Made by a program: the position numbers and the translations under genes. This document shows, piece after piece, positions 9,817 to 18,745 of a stretch of DNA of 60,519 nt (position 1 is the stretch's first letter; each line of letters opens with the position of its first letter). The notes beneath the pieces were generated by a model. That model was not told the DNA's origin. It saw only the letters and a list, made by a program, of their open reading frames with translations, and made no database searches. This DNA comes from Planctomycetota bacterium (GTDB lineage Bacteria; Planctomycetota; UBA11346), in NCBI GenBank assembly GCA_038229115.1, contig JBBROQ010000001.1, positions 1-60,519 of the forward strand, given 5' to 3'.

Positions 9817-11420
9817 AACGCGAGTTCGCGCGCCTGGACGCGGCCTTCGATCTGCTGGTCATCGGCGGCGGCATCTATGGTGCGTGGATCGCCTACGACG
9901 CAGCGCTGCGCGGTTTGCGCGTGGCGTTGGTCGAACGCGAAGACTGGGGCGCGGGCACCTCCAGCGCCTCGTCGAAACTGATCCACGGCGGCCTGCGCTA
10001 TCTGGAATACGGACGCTTTGGCTTGGTGCGCAAAGCCCTGATCGAACGCCGGCGGTTGCTGCGTCTGGCACCGCATCGGGTGCGGCCACTGCGGTTCCTG
10101 CTGCCGGTGTTCGCCGATGCGCGCGTCAGTTCCTGGCGCCTGCGCCTAGGGCTAACGCTGTACGACCTGCTTGCGGGTCGGCACGCCGGCACGCCACGGC
10201 ACGCTCGCTTTGACGCGGAGCGCATCGGCACGCTCGCACCGTTTCTGGCCGCGTCGGAACTGCGCGCCGGCTTCGCCTATCACGACGCGGTGCATGACGA
10301 CGCGCGCACCACGTTGGAAATCGTCGCCGGCGCGTTGGCCGCCGGCGCGGTCGCAGTGAATCACGCCGCGGCGGTGACGCTGAGCGAACGCGACGGCCGT
10401 GTTACTGGCGCACGTGTGCGCGATGTGCTGAGCGATGCTCAGGTTGAAATTCGCGCGGCCATGACCGTGAATGCCGCTGGTCCTTGGGCGCCGGCGCTTG
10501 CTGGCGGCGCGGCGCCCGCCGTCCGCTTCCCTGGCGTACGTTTCACGAAAGGCGTCCACCTGGTGATGCCGCCACTCGGCCGCGACGACGCGCTGTTGCT
10601 GACTGCGCCGCAAGACGGCCGGGTGTTCTTCCTGATCCCGTGGTACGGCACGACGCTATTGGGCACCACCGACACCGATCATCACGGCGCGCCCGAAACC
10701 GCGGTAATTTCTGCCGCCGACATCGATTATTTGCTGACTGCGGTGAACGCGCGCTGCCCCGGTTTGGCCTGGACGCCTGCCGACATTCGCGGTGCGTTCT
10801 GCGGCCTGCGCACGCTGCAGGCGCAGGCCGGCAAAGGCGCATCAGCAGTGACGCGCGAATGGCTGCTGAGCGAACCGCGCCCCGGCCTGTTGATGCCGAT
10901 CGGCGGCAAGTTCACGTCGGCCCGGGTCGAGGCCGAACTCACCGTCACGCGCGCCTGTGCGGTGGCCGGACGCCACGCGTCACCATCCGAAACCGCGACG
11001 CGCGCTTTTCCGTGGGCGCCAAGCGAACCATGGCCGGAATGGCTGCCGCGCGCGTGCGCGCAGGCCGCGCTGTTGGACATCAACGATACCGATGCACGGG
11101 TGTTGGCAGAACGTCACGGCGCCAATGTCGACACGGTTCTGCGCCTGATCCGTAACGACAAAACCCTTGGCGGGCGGCTGCATCCGGCGTTGCCGTTCCT
11201 GCGCGCCGAGGTCGTCCACGCCGCGCGCGACGAACAGGCGCAGACGCTCATCGATGTGCTGCGCCGGCGACTACCGCTGTTGCTGCTGACGCGCTGGGAT
11301 GACGCCGTGATTGCCGACGCGGCGGCCCTGATGGGCCGCGAATTGGGCTGGGACGCTGCGCACATCAGCGCGGAAATCAGCGCACTACGCACGCAGGATC
11401 GCAACGCGTTGCCCCGCTAA
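9813..11420 (+). CDS. glpD: FAD-dependent glycerol-3-phosphate dehydrogenase
   Basis: DLLVIGGGIYGAWIAYDAALRGLRVALVEREDWGAGTSSASSKLIHGGLRYLE is the GlpD dinucleotide-binding N-terminus. The GTG at 9813 overlaps the GDPD stop (GTGA). The track ORF start at 9507 lies inside the GDPD gene. Confidence 0.88.
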   Translation: MKREFARLDAAFDLLVIGGGIYGAWIAYDAALRGLRVALVEREDWGAGTSSASSKLIHGGLRYLEYGRFGLVRKALIERRRLLRLAPHRVRPLRFLLPVFADARVSSWRLRLGLTLYDLLAGRHAGTPRHARFDAERIGTLAPFLAASELRAGFAYHDAVHDDARTTLEIVAGALAAGAVAVNHAAAVTLSERDGRVTGARVRDVLSDAQVEIRAAMTVNAAGPWAPALAGGAAPAVRFPGVRFTKGVHLVMPPLGRDDALLLTAPQDGRVFFLIPWYGTTLLGTTDTDHHGAPETAVISAADIDYLLTAVNARCPGLAWTPADIRGAFCGLRTLQAQAGKGASAVTREWLLSEPRPGLLMPIGGKFTSARVEAELTVTRACAVAGRHASPSETATRAFPWAPSEPWPEWLPRACAQAALLDINDTDARVLAERHGANVDTVLRLIRNDKTLGGRLHPALPFLRAEVVHAARDEQAQTLIDVLRRRLPLLLLTRWDDAVIADAAALMGRELGWDAAHISAEISALRTQDRNALPR

Positions 11421-12886
11421 TCGCGCTTCGCGGTTTTGGTGGTCGCGCCGATCACCGTCGGATCATTCATGTCCCAACCACCGCCAAGCGCCTTACACAA
11501 CGCCACCAATGCGCGCGCGGCCAAACGATCCGCGTCGGTCGCGATGTCGCTGAGCAGATCGTCATCGAGCTGCGCCTGCGCCACGGCGGTGAAATCCGAG
11601 AGGCCCTGGCGATAACGCGCGTCGGCCAGGGTTAGAGCGTCGCGGCTGGCGGCCAACGCGATGCGCAGTGCGGCGGCACGTTCGCGTTGCCGCGCAATCT
11701 GCTCCAACGCGTCGTCGACTTCGGACAACGCGGTACGCACCGTCTGTTCATAACGCAGCAGGGCTTGCTGTTCGCGCGCTTCCAACTGATGGACCTGGTT
11801 GCGGATCTGGCCGCTGGAAAAAATCGGCCAGACGATCCGCGGCGAGATCGACCAGTATTTACTGTCGTGCGACAACAGGTCGCTGAGGTCGACGCTTTGC
11901 AATCCGGCACTGCCGGTGAGTACGAAGCGCGGATACAGATCAGCCTCGCCCACGCCAACACGGGCGGCGGCGGACGCGGCCAAACGCTCGGCGCGCAGCA
12001 CGTCCGGACGCCGACGTAGCAGCTCGCTTGGCAAGCCCGCCGGGACCGGCGCGGGCAGCACCGGTTCGATGGCCAGTGGGATCTCGGCCAGCCTCGCGTC
12101 GATCACGCTCGCGTCATCATTCAGCAGAAGCGCTAGGCGATTGCGTGCGCTGCTCAGTTCCAATGCCACCGCCGGCAGTCGCGCGCGATTTTGTTCCAGC
12201 GCGACCGTGGCCTGCGCCGCGGCCAGATCGGTGCCGATGCCAATCGTCGCGCGCTGCCGCTCGATCGCGACCACCTCGACTTCGGTGCCGATCAGTTGCA
12301 GCAGCACCGCCTGCCGGCGCTGGGCATGCCGCCAATCCAGATACGCCGCGGCGACCTCGGCCGCGACTGATACCTGTGCACCGTGGATCTCGGCCTGCGC
12401 CGCTTCGATTTCGGCGGTGCCGGCTTCCATGGCCCGGCGCACGCCGCCGAACACATCGATTTCCCAGGTCGCGTCGAAACCGGCGGTGAACAGATTGCTG
12501 GTGCTGCCGGCGCCACCGCTGGCGTGGGTATTGTTGGCGCTGGTATTGTTGGCGCTGGTATGCGCCCGCGCGGCCGAGCCAACTGCGTTCACCTGCGGCC
12601 CCAGTTTCCCCGCGACCGTGCGATATTGAAAGCGGGCTTCGCGCAGCCGTTCGCCGGCAATGCGCACATCCAGATTCGCGGCCAGGCCGTCCGCGATCAG
12701 CCGCTCCATCACCGGTTCATGGAAGATCGTCCACCACTGCGCGAGGTCGGCGCCGCCGGCTGTTTCTGACGCTACCTGAGCGTGGTAGGCGTCAGGCAGC
12801 TTCACTGCGGGCCGCACGAAATCGTGCCCGGGACCACAACCGGCGGCCATCAGCAGCGCGACCGCTATAAGCGGCTTCCGGTTCAC
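11417..12886 (-). CDS. efflux outer-membrane lipoprotein (NodT/OprM family)
   Basis: Lipobox LLMAAGC at the N-terminus and two OEP-type repeats. It is the last gene of the efflux operon. Its 3' end overlaps the glpD stop by 4 nt in convergent orientation. Confidence 0.85.
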   Translation of the reverse strand: MNRKPLIAVALLMAAGCGPGHDFVRPAVKLPDAYHAQVASETAGGADLAQWWTIFHEPVMERLIADGLAANLDVRIAGERLREARFQYRTVAGKLGPQVNAVGSAARAHTSANNTSANNTHASGGAGSTSNLFTAGFDATWEIDVFGGVRRAMEAGTAEIEAAQAEIHGAQVSVAAEVAAAYLDWRHAQRRQAVLLQLIGTEVEVVAIERQRATIGIGTDLAAAQATVALEQNRARLPAVALELSSARNRLALLLNDDASVIDARLAEIPLAIEPVLPAPVPAGLPSELLRRRPDVLRAERLAASAAARVGVGEADLYPRFVLTGSAGLQSVDLSDLLSHDSKYWSISPRIVWPIFSSGQIRNQVHQLEAREQQALLRYEQTVRTALSEVDDALEQIARQRERAAALRIALAASRDALTLADARYRQGLSDFTAVAQAQLDDDLLSDIATDADRLAARALVALCKALGGGWDMNDPTVIGATTKTAKRD

Positions 12887-13791
12887 GGCGTCACCGGCGA
12901 GACCGGCGCAGCGTCAATGAACACATCCATCAATTGCCCGACAAACACCGGCAATTTACCGCCGGGAAAGGAGTAGAGCACCTGCAGCACGCGGGTGTCG
13001 ACGCGTTCGCTACTGGCTCCGGTCAGCGAGCGCTTCGGCACCACATATGGCTCGATGCGGTCAAAGGTCAGATCAACGCTCAGGTCGCGATTGCCGCGCA
13101 CAAACGCATGCGCTTTCGCCCCGGCCCGGATGCGCCAAGCGTCGTTCTCGTCGATGTCGACGCGCACGCGCAGCACGTCGGTGCGACCCAACACCAACAA
13201 CGGCCCCGCCGCGCCGCTGACAAATTCGCCGGCCCGGGTGTTGACCTGAAGAATGGTGCCGGCGATCGGCGCGTGGATCGCGAGCTGCGCCACCGCGGCC
13301 TGCGCCTGCGCCAGTTCGGCGCCCGCGCCTGCCTGCCGCGCGGCCGCAATCGCCAAAGCTTGTTTGCGCCGTGTGCGTTCTTCGGCGCTAACTGCGCGCG
13401 TGTCGGTGAGTTTTTCGACCGCGGTCCATTGGCTTTGCACGTCGGCCAACGCCGCCGTGATTTCGGCGACGTGGGCCTCGGCCAATTGCACCGCCGCGCG
13501 TTGCGGCCGGTCGTCTAACTGCACCAGCAACGCGTCCGCTTTCACCTCATCGCCGACCTTCACCGCGATCGCTTGCACGATCCCGGCCAGTTGCGTGCCC
13601 AGACTGAAATTGTCGCTGCCGGCCTCGACGATGCCGGCACCGGCGACGGTCAGCGCGAACGGGGTTTCGGCCGGCGCCGCGATCGGCTGCGCCACCGCCA
13701 TCGGCTTGGCGCCCTGCACCACCGTCCACCCGGCAAGGGCCAATCCGGCGACAGCCAGCGCGGGCAGCACAAACGGACGGACATTAACCAT
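12883..13791 (-). CDS. HlyD/MacA-type membrane-fusion (periplasmic adaptor) protein
   Basis: N-terminal TM segment, a coiled-coil hairpin (AQAQAAVAQL...) and barrel domains. I prefer the ATG at 13791, 5 nt after the ATPase stop, over the track start at 13917. Confidence 0.85.
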   Translation of the reverse strand: MVNVRPFVLPALAVAGLALAGWTVVQGAKPMAVAQPIAAPAETPFALTVAGAGIVEAGSDNFSLGTQLAGIVQAIAVKVGDEVKADALLVQLDDRPQRAAVQLAEAHVAEITAALADVQSQWTAVEKLTDTRAVSAEERTRRKQALAIAAARQAGAGAELAQAQAAVAQLAIHAPIAGTILQVNTRAGEFVSGAAGPLLVLGRTDVLRVRVDIDENDAWRIRAGAKAHAFVRGNRDLSVDLTFDRIEPYVVPKRSLTGASSERVDTRVLQVLYSFPGGKLPVFVGQLMDVFIDAAPVSPVTP

Positions 13792-14542
13792 GATCAAGCT
13801 CCTGAGATTTTTCGCCGGTAATTTCAGCGCTTTCAGCGCCTTCGCCAACCACGCGGCCATCGTCCATACGCACGATGCGGTCGGCGTAGGAAAAGATGCG
13901 CGCGTCGTGGGTGACAATGATCAGGGTGCGGCCGTCGCTGCGCGCGAGGTCGCGCAGCAGCTCCATCACGGACTGACCGGTCTGATGATCAAGCGCGCTG
14001 GTCGGCTCATCGCACACGATCAACTTCGGCGCATGCACGAGCGCGCGCGCAATCGCCACCCGCTGCTGCTGTCCGCCCGACAGCTCTGCGGGCAGCGCGC
14101 CGGTGCGTTCGCCGAGTCCGACCCGATCCAACATGAGCGCGCCGCGCTTCACTGCGGCCGCGAACTCGACCCCATTGATCAGCAACGGCACTGCCGCGTT
14201 TTCCGCCGCGGTCAAAGTCGGCAGCAGGTTAAAAGCCTGAAACACGAAGCCCAATTCGCGCCCGCGCCGCGCGGTGCGTTCATGTTGCGACAGTGTGGAA
14301 AAATCAGCGCCGAACACCAAACACTCGCCCTCGTCGCGATCCAAAATGCCGGCAATGATCGAGATCAACGTGGTCTTCCCGCAGCCCGACGGCCCGACCA
14401 ACATCAGCACCTCACCCGCAGCCACCTCCAGATCGACCCCGCGCAGGGCCGGCACGCGGTTTGCCCCGCTGCCATAAAACTTGGTCACGCCGCGCAGGCG
14501 AACGGCCTGCGTATCGGTAACAGAACGGGTGGCAGTGGTCAT
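13784..14542 (-). CDS. ABC transporter ATP-binding protein (MacB/LolD-like)
   Basis: Walker A GPSGCGKTT, signature LSGGQQQR and Walker B LIVCDEPTSALD. Confidence 0.95.
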   Translation of the reverse strand: MTTATRSVTDTQAVRLRGVTKFYGSGANRVPALRGVDLEVAAGEVLMLVGPSGCGKTTLISIIAGILDRDEGECLVFGADFSTLSQHERTARRGRELGFVFQAFNLLPTLTAAENAAVPLLINGVEFAAAVKRGALMLDRVGLGERTGALPAELSGGQQQRVAIARALVHAPKLIVCDEPTSALDHQTGQSVMELLRDLARSDGRTLIIVTHDARIFSYADRIVRMDDGRVVGEGAESAEITGEKSQELDHG

Positions 14543-14546
14543 GGCA

Positions 14547-15710
14547 TCAGCCCTTAAACACGATCGCGGGCTCTAACTTGAACACGGTGCGAATCGCCAG
14601 CGCTGCCGACAGCATGCAGATACCCGCGACCGCCACCGCAGAGATGAACAGCAACTGCCAGGGCATGCGAAACGCGAGCTCGGTGCCCTGCACCGCCAAG
14701 CCAAACAGCGCCGCCAAACCGACGCCCAATCCGTAGCCGATGAAGCCGACCAGCGCTGCCTGCATCAGGATCATCCGCAGCAACATGCCGTTGGTCGCGC
14801 CCATCGCTTTTAACGCGCCGAATTGTTTCAGGTTGTCGTGGGTGAAATTGAAAAACGTCTGCCCAGCTATGGCGGTGCCGACCAAAAATCCGAGCAGCAC
14901 CGAGATTCCAAAATTGATCGGAATGCCGGTGTTGGTGAAGAAATAGTGATAACTGGCCTCACGGAACTGTGCCTGCGTGCGCGCGATCAAACCGGTGCGC
15001 GACGCAATGCGCACACACAGCGCATTGCGATCTTCGCCCGGCTTTGCGCTGACCAACACATACGACAGCATCTTGCGCGAAGTTGGCGCATAGCGCAAAG
15101 CGCGGCTGTAGGTGGTGTAAACCTGCGGCGCGAAGATGAAGCTCCGCGACGCTTGGCAGATGCCGACCACCACCGCGCGATGATCGTTAAGCTCAAGATT
15201 ATCGCCGACTTTCAGTGGGATCTTCGCGCCGGTCATCGGATCAGTGCGCGCAAACTGACGGTGCGCGCCGACCTCATCCACGATCACGCTGTCCTCGCGC
15301 TTCAGGTCGGCCAACGTCCCCTGCACCATGATCGCCGGGCCGCCGATCAGACTCGCATCATCCAGGCCGATCACCAAACAGCCCTGTACCCGGCCGCTGT
15401 CCAGGCGCGTGTTCAACAGCGCGCGATAATGCGGCACCGCCCACTGTACGCCCTCGACCGAGCGCACGCGCGACAGCATGGTGTCTGGCATCGGTTTCAC
15501 CCCATCCAGGTCGATGGTGCGCACGTTCGCATCCATGACCCAAATATCAGGCAAACCAACGTCATTGATGGCGGTGTAGGCGCGCGTCATGAGCCCGACA
15601 AATATCGACGCCTGCTGCGTGATCAGCAGCGCCGCGAAGGTCAGCCCCAAGACGATGCCAAGGAACTTCGCGCGATCGCCCATCAGCATTTTCAGCGCGA
15701 TGCGGTTCAT
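14547..15710 (-). CDS. ABC transporter permease (FtsX/DevC-like)
   Basis: MNRIALKMLMGDRAKFLGIVLGL..., a periplasmic domain and C-terminal FtsX-type TM helices. The ATG at 15710 overlaps the TetR stop (ATGA). The track start at 16022 lies inside the TetR gene. Confidence 0.85.
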   Translation of the reverse strand: MNRIALKMLMGDRAKFLGIVLGLTFAALLITQQASIFVGLMTRAYTAINDVGLPDIWVMDANVRTIDLDGVKPMPDTMLSRVRSVEGVQWAVPHYRALLNTRLDSGRVQGCLVIGLDDASLIGGPAIMVQGTLADLKREDSVIVDEVGAHRQFARTDPMTGAKIPLKVGDNLELNDHRAVVVGICQASRSFIFAPQVYTTYSRALRYAPTSRKMLSYVLVSAKPGEDRNALCVRIASRTGLIARTQAQFREASYHYFFTNTGIPINFGISVLLGFLVGTAIAGQTFFNFTHDNLKQFGALKAMGATNGMLLRMILMQAALVGFIGYGLGVGLAALFGLAVQGTELAFRMPWQLLFISAVAVAGICMLSAALAIRTVFKLEPAIVFKG

Positions 15711-16540
15711 CGGCGGGCTTTCTGCCGTAGCGGTTTCGCGGCTGACGGTTTTGCCGCTGAAAGTTTCGAGCGCTTCGCCGTGGGCGGTTTGATCGGCGGC
15801 GGCGGCGGCGCCGGCTGACGGCGTTGGCCCTGAGTACGTTCGGCACGCAGCGCCGGTTTCGACGTGGCCGCGGCACTCGCGCCACGCGCCCGCACGCCGG
15901 CTAAACCGCGCAGCGAAAACAGCGTCACCTGTTCGGCCAACGCATCGATCTCGCTCGCATCGAAGCGCAGATCGGGCTCCAACTGTGCAATAAATGGCCG
16001 CGCGTGATGGTAGAACGCGCATTGCGCGATGACGCTGGCGGCATGTCGACGCAGTTCGGCGTGCGGCAAATCACCCACCAGTTCGCGCACGATGACCAGC
16101 AATTGCGTCCACTGCGGCCGGATCGCGCTGGCGATCATCTGCTCCAACGCGCCGGTCGGCTCGACCATCTCGCGCGCCAACAACCGATCGAACCACGCCG
16201 GGCCTTCCTGGCCCAACATGCAGCGCAGCTTCTGCCGGATCACCACGCGCAGCCGTTCCGCCGGACGCAGCCGCGCCAGTTCTGCGGCATCGACCGGCGC
16301 TGGAATCGAGGCCGCGTGCGCATAGCGGAACACCGCCGCGTACAGCCCAGCCTTGTCACCGTAGTGATAGTTCACTGCGGCGATGTTGGCCTTCGCCCGG
16401 GTGCAGATCTCGCGCACGGTCGCGGCGCGGAAGCCATGCGCGGCGAACACTTCGCCTGCGGCGTCTAACAGCCGCTGCTCGGTGGCGGCTGGTCGGTCAG
16501 GTGCCACGGCGCGGGCGGGACTGTTGCTGTCGATGTTCAT
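15707..16540 (-). CDS. TetR-family transcriptional regulator with a Pro/Lys/Ala-rich C-terminal tail
   Basis: HTH region LLDAAGEVFAAHGFRAATVREICTRAKANIAAVNYHYGDK. The last ~60 aa are low complexity (QRRQPAPPPPPIKPPTAKRSKLSAAKPSAAKPLRQKARR). Confidence 0.85.
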   Translation of the reverse strand: MNIDSNSPARAVAPDRPAATEQRLLDAAGEVFAAHGFRAATVREICTRAKANIAAVNYHYGDKAGLYAAVFRYAHAASIPAPVDAAELARLRPAERLRVVIRQKLRCMLGQEGPAWFDRLLAREMVEPTGALEQMIASAIRPQWTQLLVIVRELVGDLPHAELRRHAASVIAQCAFYHHARPFIAQLEPDLRFDASEIDALAEQVTLFSLRGLAGVRARGASAAATSKPALRAERTQGQRRQPAPPPPPIKPPTAKRSKLSAAKPSAAKPLRQKARR

Positions 16541-16665
16541 ACGCGTGATATAAACGCACGATTCAAACTGTTGTTTACATTCAAGCCAAACTTGGCCGCC
16601 GGCGCGCGCGAGCCAAACGCCGACCGGTGCGGTTGCTGCCTCCTGCGCCCCGCAATGCTGCGCGC

Positions 16666-17520
16666 ATGCGCTTCACGAAAATGCACGGCTGCGGCAACGA
16701 TTACGTCTATGTCGACGCTTGGCGCGAAACCCTGCCCGCAGATCTGCCATCCCTGGCGCAACGCATCAGCGACCGCCACACCGGCATCGGCGCCGATGGC
16801 CTGATCATCGTCGGGCCGTCGGACGTGGCCGATGCGCGCATGACCATGTTCAACGCCGACGGCAGTCAGAGCGAGATGTGCGGCAACGGCTTGCGCTGCG
16901 CCGCGAAACTGGCCTTCGACCATCGTCATGTCCGCGGCCCCGCCCTGCGCGTGGAAACCGGAGCCGGCGTGTTGGACGTGACGTTGCTGATGCAGAAAAA
17001 AGTCTGCGCCGGCGCACAGGTAGTGATGGGCCGACCGCGCCTGACGCCGATCGCGGTGCCGGTCACACATCCCGGACCCGGACCGCGCCTGGAGCTCATG
17101 GTCAGCGTCAACGGCGAGCGACTGCGCCTATTAGCGGTGGGCATGGGCAATCCGCATGCGGTGCTCTTCGTCGATGACCCGGACAGCTTCCCGGTCGCCA
17201 CCGTCGGCCCGCGCCTGGAACACCACCCGCGCTTCCCGCGCCGCACCAATGTCGAATTCGTCGCGCGCCTCGCCGACGAAGCCGGCCTGCCGGTACTGCG
17301 CCAACGCACCTGGGAACGCGGCAGCGGCGAAACCCAAGCCTGCGGCACCGGCGCCTGCGCGACGCTGGTCGCCGCCGTCCTCACCGGCGTAATCCCCGGC
17401 CGCGAAGCCACCATCCGCCTCAACGGCGGCGACCTACACGTACGCTGGGCCCGCGACGACGGCCCGGTGGTGCTGACGGGGCCGGCGGTGGCGGTGTTTA
17501 GCGGCGAGATTGATGACTAA
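16666..17520 (+). CDS. dapF: diaminopimelate epimerase
   Basis: MRFTKMHGCGNDYVYVD, the first catalytic Cys in SEMCGNGLRC and the second in ETQACGTGACA. I prefer the ATG at 16666 over the track GTG at 16627. Confidence 0.93.
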   Translation: MRFTKMHGCGNDYVYVDAWRETLPADLPSLAQRISDRHTGIGADGLIIVGPSDVADARMTMFNADGSQSEMCGNGLRCAAKLAFDHRHVRGPALRVETGAGVLDVTLLMQKKVCAGAQVVMGRPRLTPIAVPVTHPGPGPRLELMVSVNGERLRLLAVGMGNPHAVLFVDDPDSFPVATVGPRLEHHPRFPRRTNVEFVARLADEAGLPVLRQRTWERGSGETQACGTGACATLVAAVLTGVIPGREATIRLNGGDLHVRWARDDGPVVLTGPAVAVFSGEIDD

Positions 17521-17607
17521 CGGACAAGCATCGGCCGGCGCGAGCCAGCATGGTGGGATGATGCGAAAACCACACGTCCAGCGCTAGGAAGCATGCGCTT
17601 GTTAGGC
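17515..17607 (-). repeat. ~90-nt boundary repeat, copy 1 (attC-like candidate: GCCTAAC ... GTTAGTC)
   Basis: Minus strand: GGCCTAACAAGCGCATGCTTCC...GATGCTTGTCCGTTAGTC. It is homologous (about 65-70% by eye) to 28617-28703, including an identical 11-mer cttgttaggcc on the + strand. It is GC-richer than the ORF it follows. The repeat is directly observed; the attC interpretation is tentative. Confidence 0.5.
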
Positions 17608-17610
17608 CGA

Positions 17611-17988
17611 TCACCATCCAAGACTGGTGAAATACCCCCTATAAACGCAAAGACACAGAGCAATCGTAGATATAGCCATCAAAGCTGAGCCAAAGATACG
17701 TACAGAGTGAGTGCTTTTTTTTACAATCATTAGCACGGATAGACCAAGTAAGATTGACGCTAGAAGGTACTGTATCAGGCCAATGGATTCGACTGCTGAT
17801 CGCAGTTGATCGCGCGCCGTGTGTTGAGCTGAAATTCGCCATTTTCCATCTGCGAATGAGCCGTCCAGATTCCTGTCCGTTCTGGGCAAATAGTAGCCGG
17901 CGTTTGCATTTAGTATTTCGATATCTACTGCAATCGAAGAGACCACGATCCCCAATATTGCCAGAATGGCAAGAATGACGTACTTCAT
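17611..17988 (-). CDS. hypothetical small membrane protein (about 3 TM helices)
   Basis: 125-aa AT-rich ORF with hydrophobic segments YVILAILAILGIVVSSIAV, IGLIQYLLASILLGLSVLMIV and IFGSALMAISTIALCLCVY. I recognise no family. Confidence 0.6.
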   Translation of the reverse strand: MKYVILAILAILGIVVSSIAVDIEILNANAGYYLPRTDRNLDGSFADGKWRISAQHTARDQLRSAVESIGLIQYLLASILLGLSVLMIVKKSTHSVRIFGSALMAISTIALCLCVYRGYFTSLGW

Positions 17989-18223
17989 CTCGTAGGCCTA
18001 ACATAAAGCTAAAACGGACCATTTACTTATAATGCAGCATAATGGAACAAGTAGCGTGGTGGGTGATTGGAAAGAGAACAGAGACGTAGCGTGAAGAACT
18101 GAGCGGGACATGGCGCCAGGATTCACTGATAACCTTAGTCCGCGAATTCTTGATTGGAGCTGGGTGACTGGAAAAAATAACACGAAATGGGCTCGTTTTC
18201 AACGTCTGGTTAGTCAATATTTC

Positions 18224-18514
18224 CTATTTATTATAATAATTCCATTGAGTCCGGTGAATCAGCTCTGTGTCAAATGCAATACATGGAAAGTAGAAATAAT
18301 AAAGAAACCTAGAAGGAGAAACACATTCTCCTGATCTTTGAAATATCACAGAAGGACACCATACTTTTTCTTCATGAGACATACTGCGAAACGAAGAAAC
18401 GTACTTTCCTCTAATTGACATTGGAACATAAGAAACAAAATAAATTAAAACCAATGCCCCAAATATTCGATCGACAGATTTATTATTGCAGCAAAGAATA
18501 CGCATAATATTCAC
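18224..18514 (-). CDS. hypothetical small protein (one TM segment)
   Basis: 96-aa AT-rich ORF with a GTG at 18514 or an ATG at 18505. Cys/aromatic-rich. I recognise no family. Confidence 0.4.
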   Translation of the reverse strand: MNIMRILCCNNKSVDRIFGALVLIYFVSYVPMSIRGKYVSSFRSMSHEEKVWCPSVIFQRSGECVSPSRFLYYFYFPCIAFDTELIHRTQWNYYNK

Positions 18515-18532
18515 TAAATGTATTTAGGTATT

Positions 18533-18694
18533 GGCTGACAGTTTATTAGGCGGCGGTGCGCATTTGCGCTGTTGGTACGGACTGCGGTCTATTGCATGCC
18601 ATGATGGCGGCACTATGGAGCACGCGCATGTCAACGTCAACTGTTCGCTCTACAGTTCGTGGTACGTCCGATAGGCGACTGAAGACTGTTGGAA
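18533..18694 (-). repeat. ~160-nt boundary repeat, copy A (attC-like candidate)
   Basis: About 80% identical by eye to 29194-29311 over ~118 nt (cagtttattaggcgg...ggtctattgcatgccat...cacgcgcatg.caacgtcaa). A second conserved block, actg..gttgg, sits at the same distance in both copies (18684-18694 versus 29340-29354). The minus strand ends GCCTAAT-AAACT-GTCAGCC. Confidence 0.6.
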
Positions 18695-18745
18695 TATTTA
18701 CCTTCAAGCTGTTTTACTCCAAGGTGTTTCCATGTTGGCGCTGGC

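Noticed and set aside
13253-14557. Long antisense or alternative-frame ORFs inside GC-rich genes. Examples: 13253..14557 +, 4059..5222 +, 6227..7015 +, 14823..15818 +, 22209..22958 -, 37208..38488 +, 47420..48349 +, 52827..53900 -, 57950..58828 -.
   Set aside because: Each lies opposite or out of frame with a gene that has clear family motifs. Their translations are Arg/Ala/Gly/Pro-rich low-complexity strings with no recognisable domains, as expected from stop-codon scarcity at high GC.
15711-16022. Upstream extension of the ABC permease ORF (track start 16022)
   Set aside because: It overlaps the TetR gene. The MNRIALKMLMGDR start at 15710 gives the canonical DevC/FtsX N-terminus and an ATGA coupling.
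17996-18025. Possible Xer/dif-like sites. TTATGTTA (complement of 17998-18008 and 27675-27685) resembles the XerD arm of E. coli dif, and GGTGCGCAT (18555-18563) resembles the XerC arm.
   Set aside because: The two half-site-like strings never occur together with the required 11-6-11 spacing. Each is a short partial match that can arise by chance in AT-rich or GC-rich DNA respectively.
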